Below are positions 49,341 to 58,797 of a stretch of 64,000 nt of DNA, one piece after another. The notes under the pieces were generated by a model. That model worked only from the letters and a program-made list of their open reading frames with translations, made no database searches and was not told the DNA's origin. Source of the DNA: an uncultured bacterium (lineage in GTDB: Bacteria; Acidobacteriota; HRBIN11; JAKEFK01); the NCBI GenBank assembly GCA_963777505.1, contig CAVZQN010000001.1, forward strand, positions 1 to 64,000, written 5' to 3'. Position 1 is the first letter of the stretch. Every line of letters begins with the position of its first letter. The translations under genes were made by a program, and so were the position numbers.

Positions 49341-49422
49341 GCCGAAATAACAAGACACTTCCGGCGTAAAAATATTCGAAAAGTTTAACAAACGGAACTT
49401 AAGTCTTGACGGCTTAACTAGT

Positions 49423-49683
49423 TTATTTCTTGAACCAATTCGCGTTCTTTTCTATATATTCTGTCCATTTTTCCGGAACATCTTCATTCGGGAATATTGC
49501 TTGAACGGGACAGGCCGGAACACATGCACCGCAGTCAATACATTCATCAGGATGAATATACAGCTGCGTCTCCGCGGCAAATGGTTCCTCGTCCTTGCGG
49601 GGGTGGATACAATCAACCGGACACACATCTACACATGCGGTATCTTTTGTTCCGATGCAAGGTTCAGCGATCGTGTATGCCAT
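49423..49683 (-). CDS. Ferredoxin (FdxA-like 7Fe/8Fe)
   Basis: EPCIGTKDTACVDVCPVDCI and ECIDCGACVPACPV. Confidence 0.95.
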   Translation of the reverse strand: MAYTIAEPCIGTKDTACVDVCPVDCIHPRKDEEPFAAETQLYIHPDECIDCGACVPACPVQAIFPNEDVPEKWTEYIEKNANWFKK

Positions 49684-49909
49684 GCACTTTCCTCCAATTC
49701 ATTTAAGAACCTAAATATATCGAATCTGCTGCCCGTCGTCAACGGATGTCGATAGCCTCTTCAGCCACCCGCTTTGCAATCTGCTAACATCACTTTTGAA
49801 AAGCAAAACGTAAATCAGGTATGATCGTTTGTGCTGGGAAGAAGCTTAGCAAAGCGTGCGGTCCATCGGCGCATTTCGGCGCGGCTGAATTCGAGCGTTC
49901 AGCAGCAAT

Positions 49910-50235
49910 ATGTTTGAAATAGTTGTTGAGGATATCTTTTCTATAACCGGGGAACTGTCTTTGCGGGTAAGATTCGATCGGGATCGATTTCGATTGGCGA
50001 TCCCGTTCTCTGCAAGACACCATCTACACAAATACAGACTCGAGTTATTGGCCTGGAGAAACTTGGAACACGCAAGCAGATTAGAACTGCCGAAGCCGGC
50101 GCAACTGTTGGCGTTCTTTGCAAATACATCGCGCATGAGTCTTTTAAGGATGCGTTTGAAGGGGAAGGCGAAAACGCTAGATTAGTCGGCGTAACGCTCA
50201 TACTTGGATCAAAGAAAAGTTGGTGGCAATTTTAA
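49910..50235 (+). CDS. Stand-alone EF-Tu domain II-like beta-barrel protein with one frameshift
   Basis: Manual reconstruction: MFEIVVEDIFSITG[fs, G-run 49949-49952]GTVFAGKIRSGSISIGDPV...VIGLEK...AEAGATVGVL...KKSWWQF*. Confidence 0.7.
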
Positions 50236-50363
50236 ATCAGTTGGTCTGTGATCATCTAGGGAAGTTAGGGCAAGAGAATATCCTTGGTTATGAAACATGC
50301 GAAGTGCGAATTCCCGGAACGTTTACATGCGGGAAAGAAGATTGATGCGACTCGGAGGAGATT

Positions 50364-50834
50364 ATGGATACGCAAACGTTGATAGCTACTTTAGAGGCCG
50401 CACCTGGCATTATCATTGGCCTCGTCCGCGAGGTGCCGCCCCAGAACCTCAAGCGCCGCCCTGCGCCGAACAAGTGGTCCGCTCACGAGCATGCCTGCCA
50501 CATATCTATCGGGCAGGACGTATTCCTCTCACGCCTGGAGTTGATGCTCTCTGACCCGCTCCCCCAAATAAAGTCTATGGAACCATCACCGGACGAGGAG
50601 GCCGGCTCACTACTGAGCGTTGATCTGGACGAAGCGCTGGGCCGGTACGTGCGGGAGCGGGCGCTGGTCGTTAAGCGGTTGAAGGAGCTATCCGCAGAGG
50701 ATTGGCAGCGGACGGCCGAGCATGAGGCGTTCAGCCACTACTCGGTGCATATAATGTTCAGGCACCTGCTGATGCATGAGATGCTTCACGCATACAGGAT
50801 AGATGAGCTGATGCTGAAAAAGGATTGGGAGTAA
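50364..50834 (+). CDS. DinB/YfiT-family protein
   Basis: KWSAHEHACH, HLLMHEMLHAY; RBS GGAGG; GC-richer than its surroundings. Confidence 0.88.
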   Translation: MDTQTLIATLEAAPGIIIGLVREVPPQNLKRRPAPNKWSAHEHACHISIGQDVFLSRLELMLSDPLPQIKSMEPSPDEEAGSLLSVDLDEALGRYVRERALVVKRLKELSAEDWQRTAEHEAFSHYSVHIMFRHLLMHEMLHAYRIDELMLKKDWE

Positions 50835-50876
50835 ACAACTGGCGCATCAATTCACCACGCGGGTATTGGTTAGCAG

Positions 50877-51272
50877 ATGACCGCCGTTGACGCAACGACC
50901 TTCCCAGGCAGAGCCTTACCCTGGCTTCTTCTCCTTTATTGCGGAGCGAGCCTTCTGCACTTCGCACACAACGCCGAATTTATAGCAGACTATCCGAACC
51001 TACCCGCATGGATATCCCGCGCGTCGGTATATTTCTCTTGGTGCGCGATCTCTGCGATTGGTCTTTGTGGCTATTTCCTTTACCGTCGTAGCCGCTCGCC
51101 CTTCGGTCTCTTGCTACTCGCAGTCTACACGACCCTCGGTTTCGACGGGCTCCTTCACTACACCAGAGCCCCGATATCGGCACACACCCTCAGCATGAAT
51201 CTGACGATATGCACGGAAGTTGTGAGCGCCGCACTGGCGTTGGGCGCCGTGTTATGGCTTGTCGCGATATAG
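50877..51272 (+). CDS. Hypothetical four-TM membrane protein
   Basis: SLLHFAHNAEF..YPNLP, GFDGLLHY...H...MN; hydrophobic segments. Confidence 0.75.
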   Translation: MTAVDATTFPGRALPWLLLLYCGASLLHFAHNAEFIADYPNLPAWISRASVYFSWCAISAIGLCGYFLYRRSRSPFGLLLLAVYTTLGFDGLLHYTRAPISAHTLSMNLTICTEVVSAALALGAVLWLVAI

Positions 51273-51468
51273 ACTGCTACCAGGTTCCAGAGCGAGAAAC
51301 GCATAACGCCAAACTACATCTAACAGCGGAGTAGACGCCCGATGATCAGTAAAACTTTTAATGCTATGATCGTTGGTGCTGCGGAAGGCTAGCATAGCGG
51401 TCACTTTCACTAACACGATTCAGAGTGGCTGAGTTCCATTGTAAAAATCGCGGCAGGATGAACTCAAG

Positions 51469-51873
51469 ATGATGGTTCGTGCAATTATCGTCGGCATAGC
51501 CGGTGCTGCATTGACTGCGCTGATTGGGTGGTCGTCCTTGATTCCTGATCCACTGGCATTTCACACTGTGGCTCTGACTATGATTGGAGCAATCTATATG
51601 GGCTTCGCTTTTGCGGATGGAAGACTCTCAATTGTGATTCTGGAATTGTCAGTTGCTACCGCGTTCATCACGCTTGCCCTGCTTGGTCTCTGGGTGGCTC
51701 CAATGTTTATCGCTGCGGGCCTGGTTCTACATGGCTTCTGGGATCTTGCACATCGACCGAATGGAGTTACAACGAAAATTCCAAAGTGGTATCCTCCATT
51801 TTGCGCAGGTTTTGACTTTGTCTTTGCGGGAGTTTTTCTATACCTCGCAAAGGAACTCGCGGCGCGCACCTAA
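51469..51873 (+). CDS. DUF6010-like membrane protein
   Basis: IGAIYMGFA, LHGFWDLAH, PKWYPPFCAGFD. Confidence 0.7.
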   Translation: MMVRAIIVGIAGAALTALIGWSSLIPDPLAFHTVALTMIGAIYMGFAFADGRLSIVILELSVATAFITLALLGLWVAPMFIAAGLVLHGFWDLAHRPNGVTTKIPKWYPPFCAGFDFVFAGVFLYLAKELAART

Positions 51874-51940
51874 TAATCGCGCCATTCAAAAATTGCCATT
51901 TCTAATTTATTTCAATATCGATATCCCAAGGAGAAAAATT

Positions 51941-52321
51941 ATGGACATTCAAGTGATTTCAACTTCAAATGCTCCTAAACAGATTGGTCCTTATTCCCAG
52001 GCAACAAAAGCTGGCGGCTTCATCTTTTGTGCTGGTCAAGGCGCAACCGATCCCTCAACTGGCCAACTTGTCGAAGGCGATATCCGGGCACAGACAAGCC
52101 AGGTAATACGCAATCTTGAAGCGGTCTTACAAGCAGCAGGAAGTAGTCTGAATCGTGTTGTTAAAGTAACAGTTTTCTTACATGACTGGAAATATTACAA
52201 AGAGATGAATGAAACATTCGCAGAATTCTTTGAGAACAATCCACCCGCAAGATCAACCATTCAAGGTGCACGCTGGCCTGAGGGATCTTTGGTTGCAATG
52301 GAAGCGATCGCACTTGCTTGA
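51941..52321 (+). CDS. ridA: RidA/YjgF reactive-intermediate deaminase
   Basis: APKQIGPYSQA, VVKVTVFL, PPARS; start 51941 after AAGGAG. Confidence 0.9.
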   Translation: MDIQVISTSNAPKQIGPYSQATKAGGFIFCAGQGATDPSTGQLVEGDIRAQTSQVIRNLEAVLQAAGSSLNRVVKVTVFLHDWKYYKEMNETFAEFFENNPPARSTIQGARWPEGSLVAMEAIALA

Positions 52322-52342
52322 ATAATGTTGGAGGTTAAATAA

Positions 52343-52663
52343 ATGGGACGATTTGTGATCGTTGCATACAAACCGAAGATTGGAAAACATGAGCAGCTTT
52401 TGTCAGCGGTGAAGAACCATTTGCATGTACTACGAACGGAACAATTAGTTACAGACAATCCCGCCTATGTCATGCGTGCTGCAGATGGAACAATCATTGA
52501 AGTTTTTGAGTGGCGATCTACTGAGGCAATCAGTCAAGCTCACAGCAATCCCGCAGTACAGGCACTGTGGGCTGACTTCGGTGCATCGTGTGATTATGTA
52601 CCACTCAACACACTGAGTGAAACTCAACAGATGTTTGCCGAATTTGATGCAGTGCAACTGTGA
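52343..52663 (+). CDS. Small ABM/dimeric alpha+beta-barrel-like protein
   Basis: VAYKPKIGK, IIEVFEWRS..AI..AH.NP.V..LW; RBS GGAGG. Confidence 0.7.
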   Translation: MGRFVIVAYKPKIGKHEQLLSAVKNHLHVLRTEQLVTDNPAYVMRAADGTIIEVFEWRSTEAISQAHSNPAVQALWADFGASCDYVPLNTLSETQQMFAEFDAVQL

Positions 52664-54141
52664 ATTATCGGATGATGCGAATCTTCCTGGCTCTATTCCT
52701 GGCTTTTGTATCCGGCGCCTTTGGATTTACTGCGGGAGTTGGACTGACCGGTTCGCTCATTGCCGCAATCCCAATTGCAATCCTATTTATTGCGCTGACT
52801 TGCCTGGCCATCTGGAAATTTTCAATCATCGATCTTGAACGATCCGCATACACACGTGGACTTCAATTTTTATCGATCTTTGGAATTGTAGTGGCGATTG
52901 TTCAGCTCTTGCGTCTCACAGTATTCATGATCGACCCTTCTCAAGAGCAGTATTCCACTATGCCGTGGAGCAAATGGGAAATTCAACATTCCTGCCTATC
53001 GGCTTACCATATTGCCGATACATCGACAGGACGTGTGCCGGATATTTATAGCAATCAGCTTTACTCAATGCCTGATGATGATCCTAAAGCGATACGAAAA
53101 CCGCGTATGCTCGGCTCCTTCCGTATTGATGTTTATGAATATCCACCACCTTTTTTATTGTTACCGCGAGCCGTTTCATTTCTTACGCCTGACTTCCTTC
53201 GTTTGCGCATGTTGTGGTTTGCACTCAATGGCATAGTAGTGCTCATTGGGATGTTACTTGTGGCTCAAGCATTGGAACCGGTCGTTAGAACACGCGCGCT
53301 TTTGTTGATTCCACTAGTTTGGGCAGCACTCCCAACACTTGGAACACTACAAAAAGGCAATGTGCAGATGATTATCATTGCACTTTCAATGATTGCGATG
53401 CTCCTTTTTGCAAAGCGCAAGTTTGCTTCAGGCGGTACGGTGTTGGCGTATGTCACAGCAAGCAAGCTTTATCCGGCAATGCTGCTTGTGTATTTGTTAA
53501 TGCGACGCCAATGGCGCGCATTTATTTTTACCGCAGCCGCAGGAATTATTCTTGCGATCATCGCTCTGTATGTAACAGGCTTGCAATCTTACGCTGCATT
53601 CATGAAGCACTTACCAGGTTTGCTTAGTGGAGAATCCTTTCCGGCATTCCGCAACCCATTTGCCATGGCTATCAACTTCTCAATACCTGGAATTGTTTTC
53701 AAACTGAAACTGTTTGGTTTGGCAGGTATGGACTTCAATGCAGTGAAAATTGTCGGATGGATTTATAACCTGATTCTTATTGTGATCATTTTTATTGTCG
53801 CACGCCGAAATAATAAAACCGGAGAAGAGAGCCCAATTCAATGGCTGGCAATCCTCATCCTTGCTACCTTGCGAAGCCCATTCCTTCCGCAAGGTTATGC
53901 TGCGTTTCCGCCACTCTGGCTGCTAACACTATTAGTAGCTACTCAGATACCGACTCCAAAAACGCTCGTTCTCTTTTTTCTTGCATGGCTTTGTTTGAAC
54001 ATCAACATCCCGACCGACTCAGGGATGGATCCACGACTAGCTGCTGTTATCATCTCCATACCCCAGTCGATTACGATTGCAATCGCACTACTGGCATTGC
54101 GACCCACTCGGCACCTATTGTGGAAAAATTCGATAGAATGA
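52660..54141 (+). CDS. GT87 (DUF2029) membrane glycosyltransferase
   Basis: YEYPPPFLLL, GNVQ, KLYP motifs in a polytopic membrane protein. Confidence 0.85.
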   Translation: MNYRMMRIFLALFLAFVSGAFGFTAGVGLTGSLIAAIPIAILFIALTCLAIWKFSIIDLERSAYTRGLQFLSIFGIVVAIVQLLRLTVFMIDPSQEQYSTMPWSKWEIQHSCLSAYHIADTSTGRVPDIYSNQLYSMPDDDPKAIRKPRMLGSFRIDVYEYPPPFLLLPRAVSFLTPDFLRLRMLWFALNGIVVLIGMLLVAQALEPVVRTRALLLIPLVWAALPTLGTLQKGNVQMIIIALSMIAMLLFAKRKFASGGTVLAYVTASKLYPAMLLVYLLMRRQWRAFIFTAAAGIILAIIALYVTGLQSYAAFMKHLPGLLSGESFPAFRNPFAMAINFSIPGIVFKLKLFGLAGMDFNAVKIVGWIYNLILIVIIFIVARRNNKTGEESPIQWLAILILATLRSPFLPQGYAAFPPLWLLTLLVATQIPTPKTLVLFFLAWLCLNINIPTDSGMDPRLAAVIISIPQSITIAIALLALRPTRHLLWKNSIE

Positions 54142-54163
54142 CTATTGTCAAATTTGTGATCCA

Positions 54164-54646
54164 ATGCTGAAAAATATTGAGTTTCAAATCAATGGCACGA
54201 CACATCGACTCAAAGTAAATTCGGAACGGAGCCTCTTAAGTGTATTGCGCGACGATCTTGACTTAACTGGCACAAAGTACGGCTGCGGAGAAGCACAATG
54301 TGGCGCTTGCACTGTTTTGATTAATGGAGTGGCTACGAGATCCTGTGTAACTCCCGTTGAACATGTGAATGGCAAACCGATCACAACAATCGAAGGTTTA
54401 GAAAAAAATGGCAAGCTCCATCCGCTGCAAGAAGCATTTCTAGAAGCAGATGCAATGCAGTGCGCCTTTTGCACATCTGGAATGATCATGTCAGGCGTAT
54501 CGCTTCTAGCCAGGAAGGCGCGTCCAACACGCAATGAGATCGTTGAGCACATGAACCGGAATGTCTGCCGTTGCGGAACATACGAACGCATTATCGCAGC
54601 TGTCGAAATCGCTTCCGGTCAATCCCGAAATAAAAGTGATGAATAG
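54164..54646 (+). CDS. (2Fe-2S)-binding subunit (IorA/CoxS-like)
   Basis: GTKYGCGEAQCGAC, QCAFCTSG, NVCRCG. Confidence 0.93.
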   Translation: MLKNIEFQINGTTHRLKVNSERSLLSVLRDDLDLTGTKYGCGEAQCGACTVLINGVATRSCVTPVEHVNGKPITTIEGLEKNGKLHPLQEAFLEADAMQCAFCTSGMIMSGVSLLARKARPTRNEIVEHMNRNVCRCGTYERIIAAVEIASGQSRNKSDE

Positions 54647-56834
54647 TAAAACTGATCGCCCAAATCAATTCATTGAAGAAGAGCGTTACGAGCTTTTTGA
54701 AAAACAGCGTTACCACTTCGAACTGAACCGCCGGAATTTCTTAAAATTCTTCGGCGGTGGAATCGTTCTGTTTGTTCCACTGAACCGATTGAACGCTCAG
54801 CAAGGCGAATCTGGTAGATCAGGTGATGATGACGTTCCGCAAGAAATTAGCGCATGGATCCATCTTGATGAGGACGGCTCCATCAAAGTCTTTACTGGAA
54901 AAACTGAAGTAGGCCAGAACATTCGCACGTCGCTTGCGCAGGCTGCTGCAGAGGAATTACACGTTCCTGTTTCTATGATCCGTATGGTCATGGCTGATAC
55001 GGCTCAGACACCATTTGATATGGGAACTTTTGGGAGTCTGTCAACGCCTTTAATGGCGCCACAACTCAGGAAGGCCGCTGCAGCTGCAAGAGAAATGTTG
55101 ATCGATCTTGCGGCACAACGATGGAACGTAAATCGGAATACAGTGCACATTGTGAATGCGCGTCTCACAGCCGACCATACAAAGGAATCGCTTAGTTTCG
55201 CTGATGTTATCAAAGGACAGAAACTAGCAAAGACGATTCCGAATGATCAGCCGACTCTTGCGCGAACGGAATGGACAATTGCAGGAACGTCGGTTCCAAA
55301 AGTTAATGGGAAGGATTTCGTAACCGGTAAACACAAATACACTTCGGACATGAAACTTCCTGGTATGTTATTTGCGAAGGTCGTTCGGCCTACAGCATTT
55401 GATGCGAAAGTCAGTTCTGCGGACATATCAGCAGCGGAAGCAATTCCATCAGTAAAAGTTGTGCGTGATGGTGACTTCATTGCGGTTGCTGCTCCTGATC
55501 ATGAAACTGCAATGCGCGCAGCCGAACAGATAAAAGTTGAATGGAATGCGCCGGCTCAACCATCGAATTCAGAATTGTTTGAGTTGCTGAAAAAGCCTTT
55601 ACCTCCCAACGAAAGCCAGGGCAGGCGACGCAGAGAGCCGGTGATTCAGGGTTCGATTGCGGATGGTCTTGCATCAGCTGAAAAGAAGCTTGAAGAAACA
55701 TACACGGTTGAATACATTGCGCACGCGCCGCTTGAACCGCGTGCAGCAGTGGCTGAATGGAAAGATGGCACATTGACTGTATGGACCGGCACACAGCGTC
55801 CTTTTGGAGTCAGAGGTGAGCTTGCAGAAGCGCTGAGTTTGCCGGAAGAAAAAATCCGAGTCATTGTACCGGATACTGGATCCGGTTATGGCGGAAAGCA
55901 TTCCGGTGAATGTGCAGTCGAGGCCGCAAGAATTGCGCGTGCTGCAGGTAAGCCGGTAAAACTTGTCTGGTCGCGCGAAGAAGAATTCACATGGGCATAC
56001 TTCCGCCCCGCTGGAGTGATTCAAATAAAAAGCGGCGTTAAGAATGACGGCATGATCACCGCATGGGAATTTCATAACTACAACTCGGGTTCATCGGCAA
56101 TTGAAAGTAAATATGACTTTCCCAATCAACACCTTCAATTTCATCCTAGCGACTCCCCGCTGCGTCAAGGATCGTATCGTGCGTTAGCAGCAACAGCCAA
56201 CCATTTTGCACGCGAATCACACATCGATGAACTTGCACATAGCATCAAGATGGATCCGCTTGAGTTTCGACTTAAAAACACAAAAGATGAAAGGCTCCGT
56301 GATGTACTTGAAGCAGCGGCAAAATCATTCGGTTGGAAAAATATGAATGCTGCAAAGGGTCATGGTATCGGTATCTCATGCGGTTTCGAAAAAGATGGTT
56401 ACGTCGCTACATGTGTAGAAATTGTGGCCGATTCAACGAAAGGCACAGTAAAAATTCTTCGAGTGGTAGAAGCATTTGATTGTGGACCGGTGGTCAATCC
56501 GAATCATTTAAAGAATCAGATTGAAGGCGCAATCGTGATGGGACTTGGCGGTGCACTATTTGAAGAAATTTTGTTTGAAAATGGCAAAATCCTGAATCCA
56601 CGCTTTTCGAATTATGCAGTACCGCGCTTCAGCGACTTGCCTCCTATTGAAGTTGTGTTGGTGGATCGTAAAGATATTCCTTCATCCGGTGCTGGTGAAA
56701 CTCCGATAGTCGGAATTGCTCCTGCAATCGGAAATGCCATCTTTGATGCTACAGGCATTCGCCTTAGATCGCTGCCGCTTATTCCGAATGGATTAGCATC
56801 AACATCTAGCTCAACCGCAAAGACGCCAAGATAG
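54639..56834 (+). CDS. Molybdopterin-binding oxidoreductase large subunit (IorB-like)
   Basis: Tat-like NRRNFLK, KTEVGQ, HAPLEP, GSGYGGK, NQIEG, GAGE; start MNSKT at 54639. Confidence 0.9.
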   Translation: MNSKTDRPNQFIEEERYELFEKQRYHFELNRRNFLKFFGGGIVLFVPLNRLNAQQGESGRSGDDDVPQEISAWIHLDEDGSIKVFTGKTEVGQNIRTSLAQAAAEELHVPVSMIRMVMADTAQTPFDMGTFGSLSTPLMAPQLRKAAAAAREMLIDLAAQRWNVNRNTVHIVNARLTADHTKESLSFADVIKGQKLAKTIPNDQPTLARTEWTIAGTSVPKVNGKDFVTGKHKYTSDMKLPGMLFAKVVRPTAFDAKVSSADISAAEAIPSVKVVRDGDFIAVAAPDHETAMRAAEQIKVEWNAPAQPSNSELFELLKKPLPPNESQGRRRREPVIQGSIADGLASAEKKLEETYTVEYIAHAPLEPRAAVAEWKDGTLTVWTGTQRPFGVRGELAEALSLPEEKIRVIVPDTGSGYGGKHSGECAVEAARIARAAGKPVKLVWSREEEFTWAYFRPAGVIQIKSGVKNDGMITAWEFHNYNSGSSAIESKYDFPNQHLQFHPSDSPLRQGSYRALAATANHFARESHIDELAHSIKMDPLEFRLKNTKDERLRDVLEAAAKSFGWKNMNAAKGHGIGISCGFEKDGYVATCVEIVADSTKGTVKILRVVEAFDCGPVVNPNHLKNQIEGAIVMGLGGALFEEILFENGKILNPRFSNYAVPRFSDLPPIEVVLVDRKDIPSSGAGETPIVGIAPAIGNAIFDATGIRLRSLPLIPNGLASTSSSTAKTPR

Positions 56835-56844
56835 AATCTTCTAG

Positions 56845-56877
56845 TCTTACAATTTGCAATCGTACAATCTGCAATTA
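56845..56877. repeat. 7-nt-period tandem repeat
   Basis: TACAATT TGCAATC GTACAATC TGCAATT, just after the 9-mer AACCGCAAAGACGCCAAGA at 56813. Confidence 0.55.
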
Positions 56878-56895
56878 CTTTCAAAGAGGTGCTAA

Positions 56896-57708
56896 ATGTT
56901 GACTCAAGCAGAAAAAGGAAAACTCTTCCGTTCTCTTCATAAAAGAAGCGACGCATTTATTATTCCAAATCCATGGGACATTGGAACTGCGCGCTTGTTA
57001 GCACATTTGGGATTTGAAGCGCTGCAACGACCAGTGCGGGGTATGCATTTTCTGCTAGGCCAGCAAGACAACTCGATAGACCGCGATCAAATGATGATGC
57101 ATGTCACAAACATTGTTTTAGCTACAGATTTACCTGTCAGCGCAGATCTCGAAAATGGATTCGGAGATAGTCCTGAAATTGTTGCACAAACGATCCGACT
57201 TGGTGCAGCCACTGGACTCGTTGGCGGCTCAATCGAAGATATGGCTAGCAATCACTCGATTTATGATCTCGAACTGGCGTCCGACCGTATCCGTGCAGCC
57301 GCTGACGTTGTGCGTACATTGCAATTTAATTTTACTTTAACTGCGCGTGCAGAAAATTATCTTGTTGGACGTCCTGATCTGAATGACACAATCAAACGCC
57401 TTCAAGCTTATCAGGAAGCCGGAGCAGATGTTTTGTATGCCCCAGGTTTGAAAAGCAAAGAAGAGATCGTTTCAGTTGTTAAATCAGTTGACCGTCCGAT
57501 CAATGTCGTCATGGGATTACAAGGCGTTCAGTTGAGCCTGAAAGAATTATCCGACATCGGGGTGAAGCGCATTAGCGTTGGGAGTTCACTCTCTCGCACA
57601 GCACTCGGCGCTTTTCTTCGCGCGGCAAATGAAATGAAGACTCATGGCACATTTGCTTACGCCGATGAAGCGATCAGCTTCCGCGAAATTAGTGCAATGT
57701 TTAATTAA
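56896..57708 (+). CDS. Isocitrate lyase/PEP mutase family protein
   Basis: PNPWD.GTARLL, PVSADLENGFG, GGSIED, ARAEN, AGADVLYAPG. The conserved ATTSAGYAFS is in a shifted frame (compensating indels ~57023-57055). Confidence 0.9.
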   Translation: MLTQAEKGKLFRSLHKRSDAFIIPNPWDIGTARLLAHLGFEALQRPVRGMHFLLGQQDNSIDRDQMMMHVTNIVLATDLPVSADLENGFGDSPEIVAQTIRLGAATGLVGGSIEDMASNHSIYDLELASDRIRAAADVVRTLQFNFTLTARAENYLVGRPDLNDTIKRLQAYQEAGADVLYAPGLKSKEEIVSVVKSVDRPINVVMGLQGVQLSLKELSDIGVKRISVGSSLSRTALGAFLRAANEMKTHGTFAYADEAISFREISAMFN

Positions 57709-57733
57709 GGAGTTATTTTTAATAAGTGTCGAC

Positions 57734-58594
57734 ATGCTTAACGCAATCGAGAGTATTCAAATAAATCAGAGCGCAAAGAAGTTTCAGATCGGGGATTTAT
57801 TGTTTGCGCAATTTGATTGTCACGCGCAAAATGAGCCACTTGGGCTTTGGGCTGAGACAGACCACCTGCTTCACGTACTCAATTCAAAACTGAGTTGGAA
57901 GACTCCTTCGGGGATCTGCTCAGTTGAAGCCGGGCAAAGTGTATTTTTTAGAAAAGGCGCGTATGTATCACTCGAACATCCTGACGGAGAAGCTTGTATC
58001 GAAGTATTTTTTATTCCGGACACTTTTGTGCGGGAAACAGTGATAGAACTTGCTGAGGATTTGCCGAGTTTAGCACATGCCATAGATTCGCAAGAAGCTG
58101 CAATTTATGTCAACCATGACGTTGGTTTGTCAGCATTCTTGCAAGCCATGACAATTTATTTTACAGCGGATGAAAAACCGCCGGTTGCGTTACTACGCTT
58201 GAAACTCAAAGAGCTTCTCACAGGGATTCTTGTAGGACAGAGCAATCCAATGCTTTCTTCGTATCTTCGCTCGCTGGCCGCAACCGATGCTCCTTCAATT
58301 CAGGCAATCATGGAAACGAATTTTGCTAACAACCTTTCTATTGATGACTTCGCTCGAATGAGTCACCGTAGTCTTTCCTCATTTAAACGGGAGTTTCGTA
58401 AGCATTTTCAAACATCTCCTGGAAGATGGTTACTTGAACGTCGATTGCAACATTCACACTCCCTGATGCAGACCACCGGGATGAGCGTTACTGAAATCAT
58501 GTTCGAATGTGGGTTCCAGGATCTTTCGCATTTCAGTAGAGCTTTCAAAAAGAAATTCGGTTGTCCGCCGAATGCAATATCGCGAACTCCATAG
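57734..58594 (+). CDS. AraC-family transcriptional regulator
   Basis: SLSSFKREF...SPGRWL..RRL, GFQDLSHFSRAFKKKFG. Confidence 0.92.
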   Translation: MLNAIESIQINQSAKKFQIGDLLFAQFDCHAQNEPLGLWAETDHLLHVLNSKLSWKTPSGICSVEAGQSVFFRKGAYVSLEHPDGEACIEVFFIPDTFVRETVIELAEDLPSLAHAIDSQEAAIYVNHDVGLSAFLQAMTIYFTADEKPPVALLRLKLKELLTGILVGQSNPMLSSYLRSLAATDAPSIQAIMETNFANNLSIDDFARMSHRSLSSFKREFRKHFQTSPGRWLLERRLQHSHSLMQTTGMSVTEIMFECGFQDLSHFSRAFKKKFGCPPNAISRTP

Positions 58595-58616
58595 TTTCAG
58601 CTCACCATAAATAATT

Positions 58617-58692
58617 AACCACGGAGTCACGGAGAACACGAGGCTCTAAAAAATACACAATCTTACCTCCGTGCTCTCCGTGACTCCGTGGT
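58617..58692. repeat. 9-nt-period repeat element with inverted arms (second copy)
   Basis: AACCACGGAG TCACGGAG AACACGAG - spacer - CTCCGTGCT CTCCGTGA CTCCGTGGT. Arms nearly identical to the 45688 copy; spacer unrelated. Confidence 0.85.
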
Positions 58693-58797
58693 GAAACCCC
58701 CTGAACCTTTAACTCAAGTTTTTGAGCTTCTCAGCCAAGCGCTCGAAGTACACCTTTTGTATTTATTAAGAAATTACAGATGAAAAGGAGTAAAAAA

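Noticed and set aside
51653-51940. N-terminal extension of RidA (222-aa ORF)
   Set aside because: It overlaps the DUF6010-like gene; the true start is 51941 with an AAGGAG RBS.
45688-58692. Repeat arrays as a CRISPR array
   Set aside because: No regularly spaced 23-47-nt direct repeats with unique spacers, and no cas genes.
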